The notes beneath the pieces were generated by a model. It made no database searches. It saw nothing but the letters and a program-made list of their open reading frames with translations, and was not told the DNA's origin. A program made the translations under genes and the position numbers. This document shows, one piece after another, positions 53,861 to 61,877 of a DNA stretch of 64,000 nt; position 1 is the first letter of the stretch, and each line of letters starts with the position of its first letter. The stretch is from Alphaproteobacteria bacterium UBA6178 (lineage in GTDB: Bacteria > Pseudomonadota > Alphaproteobacteria > Rickettsiales > UBA3002), in contig DITS01000001.1 of NCBI GenBank assembly GCA_002422205.1, positions 19,221 to 83,220 on the forward strand. Direction: 5' to 3'.

Positions 53861-54595
53861 CTAGTATGCACCCGCAGTGCGCAACGCGTGGGTAATGGTG
53901 GCATTGCCGCGAGCATCCACGCCTTGCGGGCTTACGCCCTTGGCCAGCAGGTAGCGCAGCGTGTCCGGCGCACCGTGACGCGCCGCCACCATCGCCAGCG
54001 ATTCGCCCTGCGCGTTGGACATAAACAAATTCCGTCCCGACTGAATCAGCGCGCGCAAGCCATTCAGGTTATTGGTTGCGGCAGCATGAAAGGTCAGCGC
54101 GTCATAATCCGATTCCCACTGCGCCACGGGCAAATGGCGGTTTTCGCGGCTATACTGCTTATTGTATATCTCGTTGGGCAGATATTGTTTGCGGTAATTA
54201 AATTTGCGCTGAAATTTCGGGCGTTGCACCACAGGCCGCACCACGGGTTTTTCCTCTTCCGGTGCCACGCCCACATCGGCCAGCGGCACATCGCTTGGTT
54301 GCCCATCGCGGATTTGTTTGCCGGATTGGAAAAAATCAAAGGCATCATCATCTGCAGGTAGTGGCAAGGTGGCCGCGCTTTGCGGTGCATCAGCGGGCGC
54401 TTGCGCCGGTGCCAGCGGGTCAAGGCTAGCCGGGGGCGTCGGAGACAGCGGGTTAAACGGATCGCCAGCAGGGAGCGGCGGCAAGGCAGGCAAGCTGGGC
54501 AGATCGGGCAAGGCAGGCATTGCATCTTGCGCGAGTGCTGCGCTCAGCGGCAAGCAACAGGCCAGCAGGGCAATGAATATATGTGAACAGGTCAT
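53861..54595 (-). CDS. secreted ankyrin-repeat protein with Pro/Ala-rich linker
   Basis: 244 aa. Signal peptide MTCSHIFIALLACCLPLSAALA|QDA, a P/A/L-rich region, and C-terminal ANK-like repeats (NGLRALIQSGRNLFMSNAQGESLAMVAARHGAPDTLRYLLAKGVSPQGVDARGNATITHAL). Confidence 0.75.
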   Translation of the reverse strand: MTCSHIFIALLACCLPLSAALAQDAMPALPDLPSLPALPPLPAGDPFNPLSPTPPASLDPLAPAQAPADAPQSAATLPLPADDDAFDFFQSGKQIRDGQPSDVPLADVGVAPEEEKPVVRPVVQRPKFQRKFNYRKQYLPNEIYNKQYSRENRHLPVAQWESDYDALTFHAAATNNLNGLRALIQSGRNLFMSNAQGESLAMVAARHGAPDTLRYLLAKGVSPQGVDARGNATITHALRTAGAY

Positions 54596-54701
54596 GGCAT
54601 TACTGTGCCAGAAGGGCTGTGGAAAAGAAAGTGGATAACAACCGCAATCGGCTTACAAATCACAGATAATTTGTGATCTTTGCAAAAAAGCCACGCTCTC
54701 G

Positions 54702-55325
54702 CTATTGCTGGCTGGCGATCTTGCGGATTTCTTTTTCCACCAACCGTTCAACCAGCGTGGATAAATTCTCATCCAGCCAGTCTTTCAGCATCGGGCGAAG
54801 CGCTTCGAGCACTAAATCCTCGACCGTGTGGCCCGAACGAAAAGCCGCCGAATCAATCGGTTGTAATACAGGCTCCGGCGCGCGGGATTTTTGCGACAGA
54901 TTTTTCAGCGCGGCGGCGCTCGCCGCTGCCGTTTCTTGTGAAACCAACGTTTCGGCTTTGCTGCCCAAATCCGGCAGGCTGATAGGCGCTGCTTTGGCAG
55001 CGGGTTTGGGCGGCTCCTTTTTTTCGGCCATCGGCATCACGGCAGAATCCGTATGCTCGGCAGGGGCTTTGGGTGCCGCTTGCGTTTTGGGTTCGGGCTT
55101 GGATTGAGGCAAAATCGCCGAATCGGCTGCCAGCTCCACCACCGTGCCATCATCCTGCACCATTTCGGTTAACTCTAAAATATCAGAGCCGGAATCTGCC
55201 ACGGACGCCCCCCCTATTGATTCGCCATCATTTTCATCGCCTTCTTCTGCGATAATGCGTTTAATCGATTGGAGAATTTCCTCCATTGACTGGTCGTGAT
55301 CTTCCGCTTTTGCCTCAGCTGTCAT
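54702..55325 (-). CDS. popZ: polar organizing protein PopZ (DUF2497)
   Basis: 207 aa. N-terminal SMEEILQSIKRIIAEEGD, an acidic/Pro-rich middle, and C-terminal LRPMLKDWLDENLSTLVERLVEKEIRKI. Confidence 0.8.
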   Translation of the reverse strand: MTAEAKAEDHDQSMEEILQSIKRIIAEEGDENDGESIGGASVADSGSDILELTEMVQDDGTVVELAADSAILPQSKPEPKTQAAPKAPAEHTDSAVMPMAEKKEPPKPAAKAAPISLPDLGSKAETLVSQETAAASAAALKNLSQKSRAPEPVLQPIDSAAFRSGHTVEDLVLEALRPMLKDWLDENLSTLVERLVEKEIRKIASQQ

Positions 55326-55439
55326 GGTGTGCCCACTGTTAATGCTATTCCCTATGGCGTGTATTGTAACTGGCTTACCCCACAGATGACAAGCAAAAGC
55401 TGAGTGGGATAAAAAGGCCCGATAAAGCAGGTTAATAGC

Positions 55440-56879
55440 CTAAAAACCGATCAACCGCCACTTCACATCGTCATAATGCTTGGTGGGGTCATATTGTTCG
55501 ACCGCCAGATTGAGATTGCCCGGCAGTAAATCGCCCAATGTCAGATGCAGATTATAAATCGCCACGATACGGTTGCGCTGCGCACGGGTCAGATTCACAC
55601 GTGCAATAAACAGCTCCTGTTCGGCGTCCAACACATCCAGAATCGTGCGCGAGCCATATTGCTGTTCCTGACGTACGCCATCGAGTGCGACTTCGGCGGC
55701 GCGGATCGCTTCTTCCTGTGCGGTAATGGTGGATACGGCGGCCTGCCAGTTTTCCCACGCACGAATCACCGATTCACGCACGAATTGTTCGGTATCGAGC
55801 AGCAAATGCTCACGACGTTTGGCCAGAATTTTCGATTCACGCACGCGGGAATATTCGGCCCCACGCTGATACAGCGGCACGCTGACACTCAGCTGCACCG
55901 AATCGGTGTCAAACTGGCTGGTGCCATTGACACCCGCGCCATCCTGCCGTGTCATGGTGCCCACCAGCGACACTTTGGGCAGCAAGGACGACACGCTCAC
56001 ACCAATATCTTCTTCGGCGGCTTGTTTCAAATGCTCAAAGGAATCAATGGAGGGGTTTTTGGCTAATGCCTGCTCAATCGCGGCTTCCTTTGTTTCCGGC
56101 AAAGGCGGGAACTGATCGGGCGCGGGCAAGGGCAATGTCGGCTTATACCCGACCAACCGCTCAAATGACGCGATGGAGGATTCCAGATTAGCACGCGCCT
56201 GAATCGTCTCGGCGCGGGCGCCGGACAGCCGCGCCTCGGACTGCGCGACATCGGTGCGCGTCACATCGCCCACTTCAAACCGCTCATTCGATGCGGTCAG
56301 CTGGCGGCCCAGCACATCGGCATTGTTCTGGCTCAGCTCGAGCAACGAATAATTTTGCACCACATCCATATAGGCGGTAATGGATTCGAGCAGTACCTGC
56401 TGTTGCGCTGATAAAAAATCGGCACGCGCTGATAACATATTTTCTTTGGCACTATAGAAGCGATAAAAATTGCCGCCGCCCTGAAACAAGGGCTGCTCTA
56501 GCGATAATTGCTGCGCTTCGGTGTCGCCATAATTCCAGTCCGAGCCTTCGAAGCGCGTGCGCTGGCGGCCCCGGTCATAATTGGCCGACAGGTTAGGGCG
56601 AAAATTGGCCAGCGATTGCGACACCCGTTCATCCTGTTGTTCCACCAGCCGTTGCGACGCTTGAATACGCGGGTTGAGCTTATACGCCGATTCCAGCGCT
56701 TGTGCGAAAGGGTCAGGATTGCCCGCTCGCTCAGCGGCAACATCCGGTTCGCCCAGCGGCATATCGGCCTCAAATGGCAATTCGGGCAAGGGTTCGGGCT
56801 GCACATCCTGCGCCCAAACGGGCTGCAACGCCGTGCTGCACAAAATCGCAGAAGTCAGAATCAGCCAGGAATATTTCAT
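55440..56879 (-). CDS. tolC: TolC-family outer-membrane channel
   Basis: 479 aa. Signal peptide and the tandem OEP repeat architecture. Confidence 0.88.
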   Translation of the reverse strand: MKYSWLILTSAILCSTALQPVWAQDVQPEPLPELPFEADMPLGEPDVAAERAGNPDPFAQALESAYKLNPRIQASQRLVEQQDERVSQSLANFRPNLSANYDRGRQRTRFEGSDWNYGDTEAQQLSLEQPLFQGGGNFYRFYSAKENMLSARADFLSAQQQVLLESITAYMDVVQNYSLLELSQNNADVLGRQLTASNERFEVGDVTRTDVAQSEARLSGARAETIQARANLESSIASFERLVGYKPTLPLPAPDQFPPLPETKEAAIEQALAKNPSIDSFEHLKQAAEEDIGVSVSSLLPKVSLVGTMTRQDGAGVNGTSQFDTDSVQLSVSVPLYQRGAEYSRVRESKILAKRREHLLLDTEQFVRESVIRAWENWQAAVSTITAQEEAIRAAEVALDGVRQEQQYGSRTILDVLDAEQELFIARVNLTRAQRNRIVAIYNLHLTLGDLLPGNLNLAVEQYDPTKHYDDVKWRLIGF

Positions 56880-56892
56880 AAGGCGCTCACAA

Positions 56893-57567
56893 TTACAGGG
56901 TAAAATCAGAATGGGCTTTTAAGGCAGGAATCACAGGCACCGCCGCATCAAACAGAATAATTTGCGCAAACTGTGCTTGCAGGCGTTGCAGCAGCACGGC
57001 ACGGGCCATCACGCCTTGCTGTTCGGGCCCGCTGGCGGCTGCAACCAATGTTACCAATCGCCCGCCTTCTGCCAGCTGTTGCTTCAGCGCGTCAGGCACA
57101 ATCTCCACCGCGCCATCAATTAAAATCACCTCATAGGGCGCATGCGCCGGATCGCCCGAATGCAGCGCCGCAGTTAAAATTTCAACCTGACGCACGCCCA
57201 TATCAGATAAAATGCGCCGCGCGCGGTCTGCCAGCTCGCGCTGCTCTTCTACCATCGTCACCTGACAGCCCAACTGCGCCAGCACGGCGGCGCTGTAGCC
57301 GGTATTGCCCGCGACCACCAGCACTTTTGTGCCCACCTCAATCTGCGCGGCCTGCAATAAGCGCCCCAGCGCCACCGGTTGCATCAAAAAGCGGCCACTG
57401 CCCAACGGAATATTATCATCCACATACGCATTGGCGGCATAAATCTCCGGCACGAATTGTTCGCGCGGGGTCACCCCCAATGCGGCAATAATGCGCGGAT
57501 CGGTTACCTGATTCGGCTCCAGCTGCCCGTCGATCATATTGTGGCGCGCCATTTGTGTATTCATCAT
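56893..57567 (-). CDS. pcm: protein-L-isoaspartate O-methyltransferase family protein
   Basis: Start at the internal Met (MMNTQMARHNMIDGQLEPN). SAM-binding segment VLVVAGNTGYSAAVLAQLG. Confidence 0.8.
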   Translation of the reverse strand: MMNTQMARHNMIDGQLEPNQVTDPRIIAALGVTPREQFVPEIYAANAYVDDNIPLGSGRFLMQPVALGRLLQAAQIEVGTKVLVVAGNTGYSAAVLAQLGCQVTMVEEQRELADRARRILSDMGVRQVEILTAALHSGDPAHAPYEVILIDGAVEIVPDALKQQLAEGGRLVTLVAAASGPEQQGVMARAVLLQRLQAQFAQIILFDAAVPVIPALKAHSDFTL

Positions 57568-57865
57568 ATATTCTCCCTCATTCTCAAGCCTGCCTGCTGT
57601 AGCGTGGCTGCGGCGCAAAGGCAACCCCAATCACCTTTGTCTATAAATTGTGGCTAACCTAGCGCAGATTGCACCGCATTTCCACCTCATCGCTGTGACT
57701 GCTGGCAGATAAGATACTTTTTCGCCCAAACAAGACGCAATTGTGCATTATTGATACATGTGATTAAGGGATTTTTTATATGACGTTAAGGTTTGGTTAG
57801 GAAAGCGCGCAGGAAACTGCTTGACCGGCCTTCGCGGCGGGGTTATGCGTAGCGTCCACCCATGC

Positions 57866-57939
57866 GGCCCGATGGCAGAGTGGTGATGCAGCGGTTTGCA
57901 AAACCGTGAACGTCGGTTCAATTCCGGCTCGGGCCTCCA
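57866..57939 (+). tRNA. tRNA-Cys (anticodon GCA)
   Basis: GGCCCGATGGCAGAGTGGTGATGCAGCGGTTTGCAAAACCGTGAACGTCGGTTCAATTCCGGCTCGGGCCTCCA. The cloverleaf folds and CCA is encoded. ORF 57748..58011 on the opposite strand is spurious. Confidence 0.93.
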
Positions 57940-57940
57940 C

Positions 57941-57999
57941 CCTTCGCCCTTGCGGGCTTCGGGTGGCGCAGCCCCCGAAAACGCAACCTTGGGCGAAGG
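57941..57999. repeat. 59-nt nested hairpin immediately 3' of tRNA-Cys
   Basis: CCTTCGCCC...GGGCGAAGG forms the outer stem. The inner stems are TTGCG/CGCAA and TTCGGG/CCCGAA. Confidence 0.7.
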
Positions 58000-58046
58000 A
58001 GTGCCCTGCATAGCCTTTGGCGAAGCATGGGCTAGCTAGTATTTAT

Positions 58047-58196
58047 ATTGCCTCCGCGGCTCGCCTCCTGCTCGCCCGTTAGGCGCCGCTCAAGGCTGAT
58101 GCGGTTTACTAACCGCATGTTCCATTGCCTCCGCGGCTCGCCTCCTGCTCGCCCGTTAGGCGCCGCTCAAGGCTGATGCGGTTTACTAACCGCATG
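58047..58196. repeat. perfect tandem duplication of a 73-bp unit (period 77)
   Basis: ATTGCCTCCGCGGCTCGCCTCCTGCTCGCCCGTTAGGCGCCGCTCAAGGCTGATGCGGTTTACTAACCGCATG occurs at 58047-58119 and 58124-58196. Each unit ends in an ATGCGGTT-tact-AACCGCAT hairpin. Confidence 0.9.
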
Positions 58197-58220
58197 CTTG
58201 TTGCAACATCTTTTTAAAAC

Positions 58221-58243
58221 GTCATTTCCGCGAAAGCGGGAAT
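58221..58243. repeat. GTCAT hairpin H1
   Basis: GTCATTTCCGCGAAAGCGGGAAT, 22 nt 3' of the 58266..59114 gene stop codon. Confidence 0.85.
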
Positions 58244-58265
58244 CCAGAGCGCTTACATCCGCGCC

Positions 58266-59114
58266 TTACGCCGCTTCCGCCTCGGGCTGCATCAGTTTTT
58301 CCAGCATATCAATCAGCGACTCAGTATTGTCGCGGGCTTTGTCGAGGCTGGCAAATTGCGCCTGCATCAGTTCAATCACCGAAGCTTGGCGATAACTTCC
58401 AGCCTGCAGCATCGCTTCTTCCAGTCCGGTCTGGTTCAGATCAAATAAATCGCTGGTCATGCTGTTGGTAATGCCCAAAAAGGCTTGCAGCACCGGATTG
58501 GTATCCAGATTCACATTGGTGGTGGTCAGGCTGATCGTCGCGCGCTCGCTGGATTGATACTTAAAGCCATTGCCCGTCATTTCCAGGCTTTCGTCAAAGC
58601 TGAAATTGCCGGCCATGCTGGTGCGCGCATCGGCGTAGCTAAAGCTAAAATTAAACGAGGTTTTGTTGCTGTAATAATCGTCCGAGCTGGTGGTTGCTTG
58701 CGCAAAGCTGCCCTGCATTGCAAAAGCAAAGCCGCCTGCGACCGAGGCGGGGTCTTTGGCAATCGCCGCCAGCACTGTATCGGCCATTTTGGATAGCTGC
58801 TCCATCGCGCCACCCAAAAAATCGGCATTGGTGCCGTCTTTGACATAATCTTTAATCGCGCGCAGCGCCTCGCTCATCGCATCGGGAGCGGTGGCGGCAT
58901 TCAACCGTTCAATCAGCGCCTGCAACTCCGCCATCGATTGCGCCATCGGATTAATGTTCGCCGTATCGGATTTCGACGTGACGGCATTGGCGATTTGCAG
59001 GGGCGCGGCGGGTGCCGCCTGAATGGGGCTACGGATTTGTGCGAGCAGCCCATTGGGCGTGCCCTGCTGCATCGACGATAAAGGGGATGCAAAACGGGAT
59101 AAGGAACCGTCCAT
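58266..59114 (-). CDS. hypothetical protein (no recognisable family)
   Basis: 282 aa. SD GGAG 8 nt upstream of the ATG at 59114. Disordered-looking N-terminus, a central Ser/Thr/Asn/Phe-rich segment (FNFSFSYADARTSMAGNFSFDESLEMTGNGFKYQSSERATISLTTTNVNLD) and a helical C-terminus. Confidence 0.55.
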   Translation of the reverse strand: MDGSLSRFASPLSSMQQGTPNGLLAQIRSPIQAAPAAPLQIANAVTSKSDTANINPMAQSMAELQALIERLNAATAPDAMSEALRAIKDYVKDGTNADFLGGAMEQLSKMADTVLAAIAKDPASVAGGFAFAMQGSFAQATTSSDDYYSNKTSFNFSFSYADARTSMAGNFSFDESLEMTGNGFKYQSSERATISLTTTNVNLDTNPVLQAFLGITNSMTSDLFDLNQTGLEEAMLQAGSYRQASVIELMQAQFASLDKARDNTESLIDMLEKLMQPEAEAA

Positions 59115-59148
59115 AATTCACTCCTACCTAGAGCATTGCGCGCGGGCT

Positions 59149-59191
59149 AATTGCCCACCAATTTCAACTTATACTAGCACAATTTGCCACC
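59149..59191 (+). promoter_or_regulatory. candidate upstream activator sites (two direct repeats) for the sigma-54 promoter
   Basis: AATTGCCCACC (59149-59159) and AATTTGCCACC (59181-59191). They are 32 nt apart start to start, and about 100-140 nt upstream of the -24 element. Confidence 0.3.
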
Positions 59192-59288
59192 TGTTCCTAG
59201 CATTTATTGCCGCTATGAATAGCAACGCAGCGGATTGAATTTACTGCAAGCTGCTGGGGATACGTATAAAAAATTTTATGCTGGTGCA

Positions 59289-59304
59289 TGGCACAGGGAT
59301 TGCT
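59289..59304 (+). promoter_or_regulatory. sigma-54 (RpoN) promoter of the RTX-like gene
   Basis: TGGCAC-AGGGA-TTGCT is an exact match to TGGCAC-N5-TTGCW. It lies 39 nt upstream of the ATG at 59343, which has the SD AAGGA. Confidence 0.7.
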
Positions 59305-59342
59305 ACCATGCGGCTTCACATTATAATGTAAGGATATGCGCG

Positions 59343-61859
59343 ATGGTTGCTTATAATTTCGACCTCATTCTCGATCAGGTGGTCACCTTTTCCCCTGATG
59401 CGGATAGTTTGCGCTTCAGCACGGTTTCCGCTTCGCAGGTGAGCTTCACCGTGGTGGATACGCGCCTGCGCGTCAGCACCGCAGCGGGTAGCGCTCTGCT
59501 TGATAGCACCCCAGCGCGCGAAGAAACCACACCCGCCATTTTCAGCCTGACCAATATCACCTTTCTCGATGGTAGCGTGTTCGTCGCAGGTGATGCGGAC
59601 AGTGCCGAGACCACGCTCGACGGCGCCGATAACATCATTGATTTCACCACCGATTTAAGTCTGGTCAACGCCATCAACAAAAATAATCAAATCCACGGCC
59701 TTGGCGGCAATGACGAAATCATCATGGGCAGCAGCGCCGGTAATCATCTGATTTTTGGCGGCGCAGGCGGCGACAGCATCACCTCCGGCGAAGGCAACAG
59801 CACGATCTATGGCGGCACCAGCCTGTCCGATACCAGCGATGGTGCCGATTCCTTTATTTTAGGCGCAGGCAGCAATGATGTCTATGGCAATGCGGGCGCC
59901 GATGCGGTGACCTTTGCCTCGCCCACCGGCGTGGGCCACACTTTACGCTTCTGGGGCGGCGTCGGCGCCGACAGCCTCACCGCAAGCGGTGCCAGTGGCA
60001 GCATGTTTGTGCAGGCAGGGCCCGACAGCGACGTTATCACGCTCAGCAATGCGGGCAACAGCACCTTGTTCGGCGGCTCGGGCAGCGACACACTCGACAT
60101 CACCGGCAGCACCGGCAACGCCACCCTCTATGGCGGCAATGGCATTGCTGATACCAGCGATGGTAATGACCGCATCATCAGTGGCAATGGCAATGTCGTG
60201 ATTTATGCCAATGCGGGCAACGATAATATCACCCTCAATAATGTCGTCGGTACGATTGCGACCGTGTATTTAGGCGCAGGTACCGATTCGCTCGATTCCG
60301 CAGCAGTGGGCGGCACCTTTCAAATCTGGGGTGGCCCGTCGGGCGATGTGATAGACCTCACCAATCACACCGGCAATGCGACCATATACGGTGGCAATGG
60401 CAATTACGATCCGACCGATGGCAACGACACCATCACCGGCAGCGGCAGTGGCAACAGCATCATTTACGGTAATGCCGGTAATGACCGCATCACCGTTACC
60501 CCGGCTGCTGGGCGCAGCGCGATCGTTTATGCAGGCGCGGGCAATGATACGATTGCCGCCTCCCCCACCGCTAACAGCGCCACACTGCAATTATTTGGCA
60601 ATACCGGCGATGATCGCTTTCAGCTTGATTTCACCAACGGCGCTCCGTCAGTGCGTATCGAAGATTATGGCACCGGCAGTAACGGCGTCGATTTAACATT
60701 GAGCGGTGGCGCAGCAGCAGCCAACCTCACCGTCGACCGGCTATCCACCAGCGATACGGTTTTACGCAATGGCAGCAGCGAACAGATTTTACTGGGTGGC
60801 TTTCGTGGCAATTTTACCACCGCCAGCACGAAGTTCAGCGATAGCTCCTTGCTCATCACCAATTTTGGCGGGGCGGCAGCCTCACTGGCTGGGGGCGTGG
60901 GCAGCGACCAGCTGATTGCGGGTAATAACGGCGACACGCTCACCGCTGGCACTGGTGGCAATGACAAACTCACCGGCGGCAATGGCAATGACCGTTTTAT
61001 TCTTACCACCGAAACACTCACCAACATGGATACGATTGCCGGTGGCGCAGGCACCGACACGCTGGTGCTGGGCACGCCCAACACCGCCATTACCGATTTT
61101 GCCTTTGATCATGTCAGCAGCATAGAAACCCTTGTGATTCTCGCGGGCGATTACAGCGTCAACGGCTTTACATTGGGCAGCAACGCGTCACAAGCAGGCA
61201 TCGTCACAATCGACGCGATTTTGGCGGGTGCGTTATCGGTTGATTTATCGACCATGACGCATGGCGTCAGCTATACCGGCGGTACGGGCAGCGATGTGCT
61301 CATCAGCACCGCACATGATGATTTCATCCGTGGTGGCGCAGGCGATGACACCATCATCGGCGGGCGCGGCAATGATACCATTCGTGGCGGCACCGGCGAT
61401 GATGTGTTCGCTTATCAAACCACCGCCATTCAGGGCGTCGATCGCTATCTCGATGTCGATTTCGGCACGTCTGCAACGGCAGGCCTTGCCGACCGCTTCC
61501 AGTTCGATGCGTCACTCACCGCCCTCAATCTCGGGAATAATGATGATAGCGTCGATGGAGCCATTATCAACAGTGTCACCAGCGCCGGATCAGCGGGAAC
61601 CGAGCTGATTATTTTGCGCAATGTCGCACTCAATGCCGACAACCGCGCTGCCTCGCTTGACATTATTAATGCCGACGCAGCGATAGGCGACGGGGTGATC
61701 AATGTGTTCTACGACAGTAGTGAAGGCCATGTGGTGATGTATTACGATCAGGATGGCCGCACCGCAGGCGGGCATCTCAAATTTGCCTCCCTTGAAAATC
61801 TGACCGCCCTGACCGATATGAATGTGATCGATTTCAGCGATTTTATTTTCACGGCATAA
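59343..61859 (+). CDS. large RTX-type calcium-binding beta-roll repeat protein (probable type I secretion substrate)
   Basis: First ATG of ORF 59235..61859 (MVAYNFDLILDQ...). Canonical nonapeptides are present (GGAGDDTIIGGRGNDTIRGGTGDDVFAY) plus many degenerate GGxGxD/GNxGxD units. The C-terminus ...GHVVMYYDQDGRTAGGHLKFASLENLTALTDMNVIDFSDFIFTA is typical of alphaproteobacterial RTX proteins. Confidence 0.85.
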   Translation: MVAYNFDLILDQVVTFSPDADSLRFSTVSASQVSFTVVDTRLRVSTAAGSALLDSTPAREETTPAIFSLTNITFLDGSVFVAGDADSAETTLDGADNIIDFTTDLSLVNAINKNNQIHGLGGNDEIIMGSSAGNHLIFGGAGGDSITSGEGNSTIYGGTSLSDTSDGADSFILGAGSNDVYGNAGADAVTFASPTGVGHTLRFWGGVGADSLTASGASGSMFVQAGPDSDVITLSNAGNSTLFGGSGSDTLDITGSTGNATLYGGNGIADTSDGNDRIISGNGNVVIYANAGNDNITLNNVVGTIATVYLGAGTDSLDSAAVGGTFQIWGGPSGDVIDLTNHTGNATIYGGNGNYDPTDGNDTITGSGSGNSIIYGNAGNDRITVTPAAGRSAIVYAGAGNDTIAASPTANSATLQLFGNTGDDRFQLDFTNGAPSVRIEDYGTGSNGVDLTLSGGAAAANLTVDRLSTSDTVLRNGSSEQILLGGFRGNFTTASTKFSDSSLLITNFGGAAASLAGGVGSDQLIAGNNGDTLTAGTGGNDKLTGGNGNDRFILTTETLTNMDTIAGGAGTDTLVLGTPNTAITDFAFDHVSSIETLVILAGDYSVNGFTLGSNASQAGIVTIDAILAGALSVDLSTMTHGVSYTGGTGSDVLISTAHDDFIRGGAGDDTIIGGRGNDTIRGGTGDDVFAYQTTAIQGVDRYLDVDFGTSATAGLADRFQFDASLTALNLGNNDDSVDGAIINSVTSAGSAGTELIILRNVALNADNRAASLDIINADAAIGDGVINVFYDSSEGHVVMYYDQDGRTAGGHLKFASLENLTALTDMNVIDFSDFIFTA

Positions 61860-61877
61860 GATAAGGACTCGTTGCCT

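Noticed and set aside
54659-54677. CRP/FNR-type operator upstream of the ankyrin gene (ATCACA-N7-TGTGAT)
   Set aside because: The half-sites are in the inverted order (TCACA...TGTGA instead of TGTGA-N6-TCACA) and the spacing is 7, so this does not fit the CRP/FNR consensus.
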